From a bacterium (lineage in GTDB: Bacteria; Zhuqueibacterota; Zhuqueibacteria; Oceanimicrobiales; Oceanimicrobiaceae), in assembly GCA_046757525.1 (NCBI GenBank), contig JBHHYI010000037.1, positions 1-28,924 on the forward strand: DNA of 28,924 bases. The letters are read 5' to 3'. Made by a program: the position numbers and the translations under genes. Shown here one piece after another: positions 1-8,330 of this stretch; within the stretch, counting starts at the first letter, position 1; each line of letters starts with the position of its first letter. The notes under the pieces were generated by a model. That model had not been told where the DNA came from. It worked only from the letters and a program-made list of their open reading frames with translations, and searched no databases.

Positions 1-50
1 CACCCCTCGATACGGTCACTTGAGAAGCAGTGACCTACTCGGGATGACTC
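1..50. repeat. REP-like palindromic repeat, copy 1 (may be cut by the window edge)
   Basis: CACCCCTCGATACGGTCACT-tgagaagc-AGTGACCTACTCGGGATGACTC; 46/50 identical to 585-634; internal GGTCACT/AGTGACC stem. Confidence 0.85.
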
Positions 51-188
51 ACACAGTGTTCTCTGGAAACGCCTAACTGTCGCCGTCCTTTATTACAGCC
101 TCCAATGTCATTCAGGAGGAATCCTGTTGGCTGACTCGCACACTGCTCACCAGTAACAAGATGCCTCCTGCAAGACAGGGCTGCCTTT

Positions 189-251
189 GGCGTTTCCGGC
201 ATTTAAAGCAATGCTGTTGCACCAGATTGCGGAAGCTCTTAGGAAACGCTC
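189..251. repeat. About 60-bp unit with GCGTTTCC...GGAAACGC inverted ends, copy 1
   Basis: GGCGTTTCCG..ATTTAAAGCAAT...GATTGCGG..CT.TTAGGAAACGCTC is shared with 372-435. Confidence 0.75.
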
Positions 252-260
252 CGTGTTTGC

Positions 261-352
261 TGTCATGCCTGCGAAAGCAGGCATCCACTGGGTGGCCGGG
301 TAGGGGGCCACCCAACTCCAACCCCTGGATTCCTGCTTTCGCAGGAAAGACA
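261..352. repeat. REP doublet (REPIN-like), GTCAT..GCGAAAGC..GGAATCC family
   Basis: TGTCATGCCTGCGAAAGCAGGCATCCA (261-287) is inverted relative to TGGATTCCTGCTTTCGCAGGAAAGACA (326-352); inner hairpin TGGGTGGCC/GGCCACCCA. Confidence 0.85.
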
Positions 353-371
353 TCGCTTGTTCCGACTCTTG

Positions 372-435
372 GGCGTTTCCGATATTTAAAGCAATCCGGC
401 GGCTGCCGGATTGCGGGGGCTTTTAGGAAACGCTC
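372..435. repeat. About 60-bp unit with GCGTTTCC...GGAAACGC inverted ends, copy 2
   Basis: Second copy of 189-251, with a perfect inner hairpin GCAATCCGGC-GGCT-GCCGGATTGC (391-414). Confidence 0.75.
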
Positions 436-510
436 TGTTGTACGTAACGCAATCGTCTCGATTGCGCAGGCGTTGCCGACATTCAAAGCAACAAGTTTTT
501 GTTGGGTTGT

Positions 511-545
511 CAAACGGTGACCTTCTCAAAGAAGGTCACCGTTTG
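511..545. repeat. Perfect 16-bp palindrome (REP-like)
   Basis: CAAACGGTGACCTTCT-caa-AGAAGGTCACCGTTTG. Confidence 0.8.
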
Positions 546-584
546 GTTCCGACCGCTTTTGGGTCGGGACGAATCGAAGCCCAT

Positions 585-634
585 CACCCCTCGATACGGT
601 CACTTGAACAACAGTGACCTACTCGGGACGACTC
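585..634. repeat. REP-like palindromic repeat, copy 2
   Basis: Direct repeat of 1-50 with 4 mismatches. Confidence 0.85.
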
Positions 635-673
635 GCAGCTTGCTTTTAAACAACGGCTGACCGGGTCGATCCG

Positions 674-1672
674 TCAGTCACTCAAAAGCTTGGTATCGGG
701 ATTGGCTAAGCTCCAGTTGTACCAGAAAGTGTCGAAACCCGGGATGCGTTCGGCGCAAGTCGCTGCTTCACCTTCAAAGGCACCGGTGTCGGGATTGAAC
801 TTGCAGCCCGAGTCCAGGTCGACCCAGGAGCCGTTCTGAAATTCAAAGCCTTTGTTTTTGGAAATAAAAGCCGCAGTGGACTGGAACATATCGGCTTTCC
901 GGGGTCGATAAAAAAACAGTTTTAGGCTGCCGAGGACAAACGATTTGCCGCCTTCGACTATCTTGTGGGCGACCGCGTAGCTTTCACCCTGAAGGTGAAA
1001 TGAAAAGATCGGCTCTTTCGTCTTCAGGCGTTTGTCCCTGGCTCTTTCCCCACGGAATCCTTGACTGGAGCGGAAATAGCCGGCGTAAGGATTCCGCTGC
1101 AGGTCTTCTAAGCCACCCACCGAAAGCACCTGAGTGTCCGGGTGTTTTTTTACCCAGTCTTTCCATTGCATCTTTTCCCCCACAGGCAGCTCCTCCAGTT
1201 TGGTTCCTGTCAACTTACCTCGAATGGCAGTGCCGGACATGATCGCCCAGTAGGTGTCAGTCTCACGGTCCTGCATGACCAGGGAGCTGTGAACCAGACC
1301 TCCGGAAGCTTCGAAGTTGAGTTTTTTGCCCTGGTATTCTCGGCCGTACACGACGGCGGTGTTTGCCAGCGGTCACCAAACGGCCGCAAAGGCCTTGCTG
1401 CCGATCTGGTCGTTGACGACCTCGTGTCTGTTCAACAAATTCAGGCTGTAAGCGCGCGCCTGACCGTCGATCACCACGCCCAGGATCCAGGAGTCTTTGT
1501 CCACATCAGCCTTTTGGGCTGGTACAAATTGTGGGTGGGTGATGGCGGCTATGCCTCCGCGTGGCAAGATTTGTTCGAAATCTCTGAACAAATCTTTGGA
1601 TTGGGAATATGCAGCAGAGGTCAACAAGCCCCAAGTGGTAAACAACAGCAACATCCGAAAAGAGTTCAACAT
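674..1672 (-). CDS. DUF3179 domain-containing exported (seleno)protein; in-frame TGA at 1373-1375 read as Sec
   Basis: ORFs 1373..1672 and 674..1351 are in the same frame (999 nt total), joined as AFAAVW-TGA-PLANTAVVYGRE. DUF3179-type motifs: GVVIDGQARAYSL..HEVVND, FEASGGL.HSSLVMQDRETDTYW, TFWYNW..NPDT. N-terminal signal peptide; AGGAGG RBS. Confidence 0.85.
1329..1372 (-). promoter_or_regulatory. Putative bacterial SECIS element
   Basis: Minus strand after the UGA reads CCG-CTGG-CAAACACC-GCCGT-CGTGT-ACGGC-CGAGAATA-CCAG-GG: 5-bp apical stem, 5-nt loop with G at position 2 starting 20 nt after the UGA, lower CTGG/CCAG pairing. Confidence 0.65.
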
Positions 1673-1819
1673 GGTGCCTCCTTGGTTGAAAATTGCTTGC
1701 AGAGTTTAGTTGAAATTATAACGAATTTAGAGTCTAAAAAATTCCTATTTTTGGATAATTCCGTATGTCTGGAGTTCGCTCTGCTTGTTCTGGAAAATCT
1801 TAATTTACCTGCCTGGGCA

Positions 1820-1849
1820 TAAAACTTTAGTGCAGCAACCGTCGTCTAA
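1820..1849 (+). promoter_or_regulatory. ECF sigma-type promoter (probable autoregulation)
   Basis: AAACTT(1822-1827)-N16-GTCTAA(1844-1849); matches the sigmaE/sigmaW-like AAC...CGT(C) pattern and recurs at 4481-4510. Confidence 0.7.
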
Positions 1850-1893
1850 CTAACAGTGAACCATCGACCTAAAACCCAAACAAATGACCGTTA

Positions 1894-2496
1894 ATGACGG
1901 ATGCACAACTAATCGAACGATATTTGGACGGCGACATCACCGCATTTAACACTTTGGTCTGGCGCTGGGAAAACAACATCTTTAATTTTGTTTTGCGCTA
2001 TGTTGGCAATCGGGAGGAGGCCAAGGATCTCTCACAAAAAACCTTTATCAGGGTTTACCGGAAATTGCACCATCTGCGCGACATGGACAAATTCTCTAGC
2101 TGGATTTACCAGATTGCTATAAACCTTTGTCGCGATGAGTTGAAAAATCGGCGACGTAGACAGACCTATTCGCTGGAGGGTTTGCAGGAAAATGACGATG
2201 GCGGCGCAAACACCAACTTGCCATTAGAAAAGGCCACTGCCCAGGAACCCCACGACGGTGTTTGCAGCCAGGACTTGCGCGAAATCTTGAACAAGGCTTT
2301 GCAAGCCATTCCCGAAGAACAGCGCGTTGTAATTATTATGAAGGAATACCAGGGGCTGAAATTCACGGAAATTGCCGAGGCTTTACAGGTTTCCGTGAAC
2401 ACGGCTAAATCGAGAATGTATTACGGATTGCATGCTTTGAAAAAAGTTTTCAACAAATGGAATATTGATAAGGAGAGTTTATTATATGAAGTGTAA
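1894..2496 (+). CDS. ECF RNA polymerase sigma-70 factor (RpoE/SigW-like)
   Basis: Region 2 (EEAKDLSQKTFIRVY...FSSWIYQIAINLCRD) and region 4 (IPEEQRVVIIMKEYQGLKFTEIAEALQVSVNTAKSRM). Confidence 0.95.
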   Translation: MTDAQLIERYLDGDITAFNTLVWRWENNIFNFVLRYVGNREEAKDLSQKTFIRVYRKLHHLRDMDKFSSWIYQIAINLCRDELKNRRRRQTYSLEGLQENDDGGANTNLPLEKATAQEPHDGVCSQDLREILNKALQAIPEEQRVVIIMKEYQGLKFTEIAEALQVSVNTAKSRMYYGLHALKKVFNKWNIDKESLLYEV

Positions 2497-3190
2497 TATG
2501 TCAAAAGAGCAGCTCATGGGCTACCTCTACCAGGAGATGGCACCTTCGGAGTTGGACGCATTTGAGGCGCACTTAAGCCAGTGCAGTGGCTGCAAGAAGG
2601 AGTTGCAGCGTCTGAAACAGACATCGCGCCTCCTCAGCTTGTGGCCTGATGAAGAATCCAACATGAATGTGATTTTCACACAGGGAGGACCGGGGACCGG
2701 GGAATCGTGGTTGACCAAATGGCCGGTGCGCGCCGGCTGGCCACGATTTGCTTTCGGTTTGGCGGCTGCTTTCTCTGTCTTGCTGGTTCTTCTCTCTTTG
2801 GTAAACTTTGAGGCTACTTATGAAAGCGGTAACTTTCGGGTCCAATTGAGCTTGCTGCCCCGCCGCCATGGGACGCCTGTCGCGTTTGAAGATTCTCTGG
2901 CGACCCCGGTGACCCGGGGCCAGTTCAACGCCTGGCGCAAGCAATCGCTGCAGCTCATGCAGGAAGTCGTACAAGACAGCGAATTGCGGCAGCGTCGTCA
3001 ACTCCAACTGGCCCTGAAGGAGTATGACCAGAAAATGGATATGCAAAGGCTGCGGGATTTGCAGCTCGTGGGCAAGGGTCTGGAGGTTTTCCAGTCTTCA
3101 AACGAGAGCCGGTTTCGTCAGACCGACCAGATTCTGGAACATTTGATCACAGTGGCCAATTTCCAGGGTGCTCGGCCCGATAATCGGTAA
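2486..3190 (+). CDS. Membrane-anchored zinc-binding (zf-HC2) anti-sigma factor
   Basis: HLSQCSGC (HxxxCxxC), one TM helix (FAFGLAAAFSVLLVLLSLV), coiled-coil C-terminus; ATG at 2486 overlaps the end of the sigma gene. Confidence 0.9.
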   Translation: MKCNMSKEQLMGYLYQEMAPSELDAFEAHLSQCSGCKKELQRLKQTSRLLSLWPDEESNMNVIFTQGGPGTGESWLTKWPVRAGWPRFAFGLAAAFSVLLVLLSLVNFEATYESGNFRVQLSLLPRRHGTPVAFEDSLATPVTRGQFNAWRKQSLQLMQEVVQDSELRQRRQLQLALKEYDQKMDMQRLRDLQLVGKGLEVFQSSNESRFRQTDQILEHLITVANFQGARPDNR

Positions 3191-3229
3191 ACGAACTCGT
3201 TGGTTTAGACAACAGGAGGCAATTGCATT

Positions 3230-4399
3230 ATGTTTTTCAAATCCTATTTTGTTTGGCAAAGGTTGACTTTCGGCTTGCTGGCGTTCCTTGCTTTTTCCGC
3301 CACCCGGGCACAAACTGGCATCAACCGGGACCGCATGCAGCGCGACCTGGACATCATGGAAGGCGTGCTGAGCAAGTTGTTGCTCAACACCTCAGAAAGA
3401 GGGTTCTGGAACGGCAGAACCCAGGGCATGTATTTTGACGGTTACGGCGTCATCTTTCAGGTGGATTACACCGATTTCCAGATATTCGTTCTGAGTACAA
3501 CGGATAAACGCGCAAAGCAGGTTTTTCAAATGAATCGATCTGGCGTTTTCCGCGTCAAAGCCCGTGCTAAAGAAGAAGAGGAGACCCCCAGCATGGCCGA
3601 CAGAATCGCAAATCTCAAAGAGCAGATTGTGGTCTTCCTGGCTAACTATGCCGATGCCATTGGCCAGTTGCGCAAAAGCGACAGAATAACCGTGCTGGTC
3701 AATCTGGGGAGCGACAATTTGTATTACAACCTGGTGGGGGCTTATCAGACCGCCGAAAGCGCCCCACTTTCTCTGCTCGAGGCGACCGTGAGAAAGAGCG
3801 ACATTGTCAAAATGCGCCAGGGGCAGTTGAGCGAAAGCGCCTTTCGTAAACGCATCGTGTTCAAGGAACGGGCTGAGAATGACAAGATCAAGAAGAACGT
3901 GGAAATAATGGCTAACATAATGGATACTGCCTTGAGCAAGAAATATCACCAGCAGTTTGGTTCAGGTGGGAAAACAAAAGGCATTTATTTGGATGGCGTC
4001 GGCGTAATTTTTTTCATGAAAGGTGAAATAAACCCAAAAGAGTTCGAACCTTTTGAATCGGCTATGCGTTTATATATTGAAGCGCAAAAAGGACAACAAG
4101 CTCCGCAGCGTAAGTTGGATGCGTGGAAATCAGAATCCGACAAACGGACGCGCGAGGTGGTGAAGCAGTTCAAAAGTGCTGTGGTGGAATTGGTTGGCGA
4201 TTACGGGCATACGTTGCGCAATGTTAAACCGTCGGAGTTTGTGGTAGTGGCAGTCGATTTCAATAATATATGGGAATTTCAGAATTTTAGCCTGCAAAAA
4301 TTCATTGTTAAGATTAAGAAGAAAGACCTGGATGCTTACAACCGCGGTAAGATGAAATTAGCAGAGTTACGCAAGAAGGTTGAGTTTCAGGATTTCTAA
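3230..4399 (+). CDS. Exported hypothetical protein with an internally duplicated domain
   Basis: Signal peptide ending ATRA-Q; AGGAGG RBS; two similar halves (see findings). Confidence 0.85.
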   Translation: MFFKSYFVWQRLTFGLLAFLAFSATRAQTGINRDRMQRDLDIMEGVLSKLLLNTSERGFWNGRTQGMYFDGYGVIFQVDYTDFQIFVLSTTDKRAKQVFQMNRSGVFRVKARAKEEEETPSMADRIANLKEQIVVFLANYADAIGQLRKSDRITVLVNLGSDNLYYNLVGAYQTAESAPLSLLEATVRKSDIVKMRQGQLSESAFRKRIVFKERAENDKIKKNVEIMANIMDTALSKKYHQQFGSGGKTKGIYLDGVGVIFFMKGEINPKEFEPFESAMRLYIEAQKGQQAPQRKLDAWKSESDKRTREVVKQFKSAVVELVGDYGHTLRNVKPSEFVVVAVDFNNIWEFQNFSLQKFIVKIKKKDLDAYNRGKMKLAELRKKVEFQDF

Positions 4400-4421
4400 A
4401 GCTTACTCTCTCTCCTCCTAC

Positions 4422-4458
4422 AAGCCGGCATCGCAATTTGCGGTGTCGGCTTCTTTTA
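4422..4458 (+). terminator. Rho-independent terminator
   Basis: AAGCCGGCATCGCA-att-TGCGGTGTCGGCTT followed by CTTTT. Confidence 0.8.
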
Positions 4459-4480
4459 TTGGCCCCCCAGAGAGCCATCG

Positions 4481-4510
4481 TAAAACTTTTTTGCCCTTGC
4501 GGCCGTCCTA
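4481..4510 (+). promoter_or_regulatory. Second ECF-type promoter, upstream of the PDZ gene
   Basis: TAAAACTTT-N14-CGTC with spacing identical to 1820-1846. Confidence 0.65.
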
Positions 4511-4521
4511 TTAGATAAAAG

Positions 4522-4670
4522 GTAACAGTTCAGCAACATGTCATTCCTGCATGTTTTTGGCAGGAATCCATTTGAAAAGCCGTTGTGGATTCCCGCTCAA
4601 AAGATTGCGGGAATGACAGAGCACGAGCCTCACATTTCTTATGGGATCGTTCGGGCAGGTGAACTGTTAC
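4522..4670. mobile_element. 149-bp MITE carrying a REP doublet
   Basis: Perfect 11-bp TIR GTAACAGTTCA (4522-4532)/TGAACTGTTAC (4660-4670); 8-bp direct repeat GATAAAAG at 4514-4521 and 4671-4678; internal REP doublet at 4539-4618. Confidence 0.85.
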
Positions 4671-4720
4671 GATAAAAGCTATGAGGTGTGACAACCACCA
4701 AAACGTAACGGAGGTTTAAA

Positions 4721-5599
4721 ATGATTCGCAACACGGTGTCACGCAGATGTTCGGGAACCGCGCTGTTCTCGGTTCTCATGATTGGCCTTGTGCTTACCGC
4801 AGGGGACCATCTTCTGGCAAAGTCAAAAAAGGGTTGGCTTGGCGTTAGCGTGCAGGAGATGACGCCCACCTTACGCGAGGAGATGAAAATGGGCAATCGT
4901 CCTGGCTTGCTTATTGCTGACGTGGCTGAGGACAGCCCCGCAGAGGAGGCCGGTTTGCACGAGGAGGATGTTATTCTGAGTTTTGACGGGCACGAGGTGG
5001 AGAAAATTGCTGATTTTACGCGCATGGTGCGCAAGACGGCGCCTGGAACTCAGGTAAAAGTAAAATATCTTCGGGATGGCCAAGAGCAGGAAACAGAGGT
5101 CACCGTTGGCAAACGGCGGCGGCATCGCAGGAATGTATTCGCATTGGGCGGCGACCGATCGTTGTTTTTTGTTTCAGACCGGCCCCAACTTGGCGTTGAA
5201 ATTCAGGAACTCAATGGCGACCTGGCCGGGTATTTCAAGGTTGAGGAACATGGCGGGGTGCTGATTCTGAAAGTGTTGGAAGATAGCCCGGCGGAGCAAG
5301 CTGGCCTCAAAGCCGGCGACGTCATCACCAAACTCGACGGCGAAGAAGTGTCCAATCCTGACGAATTAATCGATTTGCTCAAGGAATATGACGAAGGCGA
5401 TGAAGTGCGCGTAGACTTTGTTCGAAAAGGCCAGGCAAAGCAGGCAAAAGTGCAATTGGAATATATTGAAAACTCGGGAGGCAGAAAATTCCGAGCTCTA
5501 CCACCTGGCCTTCGGATGCACGGCTTTGAGCTGAGGGATTGGGACGGGAGCCGCGATATTCGCATTTTTGGCAAAAACCACTTGCGCCGTTTTATCTGA
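4721..5599 (+). CDS. Exported protein with two PDZ domains and no protease domain
   Basis: GWLGVSVQ...DSPAEEAGLHEEDVILSFDG and PQLGVEIQ...DSPAEQAGLKAGDVITKLDG; signal peptide; GGAGGT RBS. Confidence 0.92.
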   Translation: MIRNTVSRRCSGTALFSVLMIGLVLTAGDHLLAKSKKGWLGVSVQEMTPTLREEMKMGNRPGLLIADVAEDSPAEEAGLHEEDVILSFDGHEVEKIADFTRMVRKTAPGTQVKVKYLRDGQEQETEVTVGKRRRHRRNVFALGGDRSLFFVSDRPQLGVEIQELNGDLAGYFKVEEHGGVLILKVLEDSPAEQAGLKAGDVITKLDGEEVSNPDELIDLLKEYDEGDEVRVDFVRKGQAKQAKVQLEYIENSGGRKFRALPPGLRMHGFELRDWDGSRDIRIFGKNHLRRFI

Positions 5600-5624
5600 G
5601 GCCTGCCCACAAAATCTCGGAGCA

Positions 5625-7859
5625 TCAAAAATTCAGAAGATAGGTTACTTTGGCCAAAACGGTTCGCACAGGATCCCGTGCCCCGGTGGTGTCCCGTTCT
5701 TCATTGTAAACCAGGAAGAAGTCGCTGCCCGGCGTGTGAATGAAGTTCATGAGGAAGTTGCTCACCACTCTATTTTCGAGCTCATTCCATTGAACATAGG
5801 CTTTGGCAAACAGATTGGGTGTGAAAGAGTATCTGACTCTGCCACCGAGAATGCTGGTTGTGAATTCGCCGTTGGGAAAGGGGACATCTACTCGATTCCA
5901 ATCCCAGAAAACGTCAAGACCAAATCTTTTGGTTGGCCGCAAATAGGTGGACAGAGTAACACTGTTGAACGTACCGTCGTAAAATGAGCCACTGAGTACG
6001 TCCACGCTACCGGAGAGTTTTCGACTACGGTCCGAGTAGTAACTGAAGCCAAAAATATTGTACTTGTAAATACCGGCCGGGATAAAAGTCGTACCCAAAT
6101 CAAATCCTGGGGCAGGAACATTGTCGTAAAAATTGATGAATCCAAAATACAGGTAGGATTCATCTTGAAACATGTTGAAGAGGCTCGTGCTGAGTGTGCG
6201 GTATTGCAGCTCATTGTCGTGGTTGGTAATCACTTCTACATCGTTAGAGAAGAATACTTGTCGCAAATTGGCGAAGTGGGGTCTGGGGCTCAACGTGAAG
6301 TTGCCCTTATACCGGCGAATATCGTGCCAGAGCAAGAATCCCATTTCTGGGTTGAAGTTTTCCCCGATGTCGGTGTAACTGCCCCGGGTGGAAAACTTGT
6401 CGTTGCCCCAGGAAACGTCAAGGAGGCCATTGTAATCTTTCCCCTTTAGACCAGGCGTTAACGTCTTTGCAAAATAGCCTTTTACGCTCAAGTTGTTGTC
6501 AAAGGCAAAAAGGCCGTCGATTCCGAAAGTGCGGTTGTACTGGCCGCCTTGCACGGGGTCTTTGCTCAGGGCTATGACCCCCACGTAGGAACGCTGCAAG
6601 ACATCTTTCTTGATCCGAAGGGCAGAATAGTTTGTTTCAGGAATCCGCACGGCTGTGTTGAACGCATTGGTGTAGTTTAGGCCGTCGGTATAGGCATCCA
6701 AGAAGCCGATTTCAAAGGGCCCTTCTTTGCCCGTGATTTTGGCACCGCTCAGGATCTGCACCTGTTTGAATTCCAAGGTTTCAGGATCCTGGCTGAGGCC
6801 AATATTACGGCTGTAAAACAAAAGGGTCTGGGGATCCGAAAAATCACCCTCGCCAATGTTGAAAATGTCCAGCCCCTCGAGGAAGAATTCTCGCTTTTCC
6901 GGAAAAAACAGGTCGAAGCGAGAGAGGTTCACCTGCTCCTGGTCAGATTCAACCTGGGCGAAATCCGTATTAACGGTAAGGTCGGAAACGATTCCTGAGG
7001 TGATGTGCACCTTGGCATCCAGACCAGCATCGGTTATCTTCTTGGTGTTGTTGATTGCAGAAGTCTTTTCGATTCCGGCAATCGTGTAAGGCTTGAGCTG
7101 GACACGGCTGTCGTGCTTGATGTTTTTGAGGCCCCGAATGACACCAAACTTAGAAACTCTAAATTTCCCCGAGAAATCAAAGTCGTCATCCCGCGATATG
7201 GGTGCCCAGTAGTCCTCCTCCCTTTTGCGGGGAATGTAGCGTCCAAAATTAATGCCCCAGGTCAGGTTCTCTTTATTCTTAAATCTCAAGGTCTTGAAGG
7301 GGATGGCGATTTCTGCGGTCCAGCCGTATTTGTCCCTGCGGGAGGCGCTTCTCCAGACCCCGTCCCAGTCCCGGTTGATGTGCGTACCCTCAGATTTGAT
7401 CTCAGAGTCCAGGCGGGCCCCCAGTGAGTTGGTAGCAAAATAGTAAGCATTTCTTTGGTCATGGTAGGTGTCGATGATGATTTCGAAGTAGTCGTTGTCC
7501 GAAAGGTCGTGGTCACGTCTCATTTCGTTGGCAACTATTTTGTAAGGCTGTTTGTCGAAGCAACGAATTCCAAAATAGATGTTTTTCTCATCGTAAGTGA
7601 TTAACACGACCGTTGCTTCGGAAGCGGGTCGGCCTTCCTGGGGTTCCTTCTGAGTAAAATTCGTGACCAGGGCCGCGTCGGTCCATTCTTTCTTAGACAA
7701 TATCCCATCTAAGACCGGTCCCGTAGAATTTCTTCGCACCCTTACCTCGAAACTGGTGGTATTGCGGCTGCTTCCGCTTTTCTTGTCATTTGTTGCGAAA
7801 CTGACCAGAGGCAAGGCGACGAGAAAAAGTGAAACTATCTTGAAAATAAATAATTTCAT
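5625..7859 (-). CDS. CBM9-like + DUF5916 domain protein (probable outer-membrane beta-barrel)
   Basis: PVLDG.L...EW..A....FTQ.EP.EG, GWTAEIAIPFKTLRF, DLTVNTDFAQVESD..VNL.RF.LFFPEKR.FFLEG; C-terminal KVTYLLNF; signal peptide. Confidence 0.88.
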   Translation of the reverse strand: MKLFIFKIVSLFLVALPLVSFATNDKKSGSSRNTTSFEVRVRRNSTGPVLDGILSKKEWTDAALVTNFTQKEPQEGRPASEATVVLITYDEKNIYFGIRCFDKQPYKIVANEMRRDHDLSDNDYFEIIIDTYHDQRNAYYFATNSLGARLDSEIKSEGTHINRDWDGVWRSASRRDKYGWTAEIAIPFKTLRFKNKENLTWGINFGRYIPRKREEDYWAPISRDDDFDFSGKFRVSKFGVIRGLKNIKHDSRVQLKPYTIAGIEKTSAINNTKKITDAGLDAKVHITSGIVSDLTVNTDFAQVESDQEQVNLSRFDLFFPEKREFFLEGLDIFNIGEGDFSDPQTLLFYSRNIGLSQDPETLEFKQVQILSGAKITGKEGPFEIGFLDAYTDGLNYTNAFNTAVRIPETNYSALRIKKDVLQRSYVGVIALSKDPVQGGQYNRTFGIDGLFAFDNNLSVKGYFAKTLTPGLKGKDYNGLLDVSWGNDKFSTRGSYTDIGENFNPEMGFLLWHDIRRYKGNFTLSPRPHFANLRQVFFSNDVEVITNHDNELQYRTLSTSLFNMFQDESYLYFGFINFYDNVPAPGFDLGTTFIPAGIYKYNIFGFSYYSDRSRKLSGSVDVLSGSFYDGTFNSVTLSTYLRPTKRFGLDVFWDWNRVDVPFPNGEFTTSILGGRVRYSFTPNLFAKAYVQWNELENRVVSNFLMNFIHTPGSDFFLVYNEERDTTGARDPVRTVLAKVTYLLNF

Positions 7860-8003
7860 AAACCAATTGGGGGAAATATTACAATGAAAAAAAATATATT
7901 AAATTTTCAACAAAAAGTCAAAGAAAAAAGCAACACATTACGAAGATGTTGCGGAAAAGTAGATTCTTGTGCAGCGGGGAATTAGAATGCCGTGTTTTTT
8001 CGC

Positions 8004-8032
8004 TTGACTCTTTTTAAATATTTAGCTATATT
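8004..8032 (+). promoter_or_regulatory. Sigma-70 promoter
   Basis: TTGACT-N17-TATATT upstream of the 8051 gene and the tRNA. Confidence 0.7.
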
Positions 8033-8050
8033 GCCGACCGCGAGGAAACT

Positions 8051-8308
8051 ATGGCAGAGAAGAGATCCAGAAAAACAAGATCATTTGGTAAGCGCAGGGC
8101 TGTCCAGGCCCTTCCCTTTAATCCGGGGAATTACCTGTTTTTCGCCAGCGGGTTGATTGTTATCATCCTGGGGTACGTGTCTCTGGCACAAGGGCCAGCA
8201 AACAGTTTTTGGTCCCTGACCTTGGCGCCCATTTTGCTCGTCGTTGGATATTGTGTTCTCATCCCGTTGGCCATAGTCTACACGGGTAAGGTTAAGTCCC
8301 GGGAATAG
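8051..8308 (+). CDS. DUF3098-like small membrane protein
   Basis: Two TM helices: NYLFFASGLIVIILGY and LTLAPILLVVGY. Confidence 0.75.
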   Translation: MAEKRSRKTRSFGKRRAVQALPFNPGNYLFFASGLIVIILGYVSLAQGPANSFWSLTLAPILLVVGYCVLIPLAIVYTGKVKSRE

Positions 8309-8330
8309 TGTCATCCAAGTTCCTGATTCC

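Noticed and set aside
112..617. ORFs 112..513, 147..353, 161..520 and 411..617
   Set aside because: They are translations of REP palindromes (PAKAGIQ / WIPAFAG signatures) with no protein-family motifs.
1..660. CRISPR array
   Set aside because: Only two copies of each repeat, units of 50-60 bp, intervals over 100 bp and themselves palindromic; no cas genes in the window.
1373..1375. DUF3179 pseudogene, or genome-wide UGA reassignment
   Set aside because: The single TGA falls at the expected Cys position with a SECIS-like hairpin, and many other genes here end normally at TGA. A nonsense mutation is less likely but not excluded.
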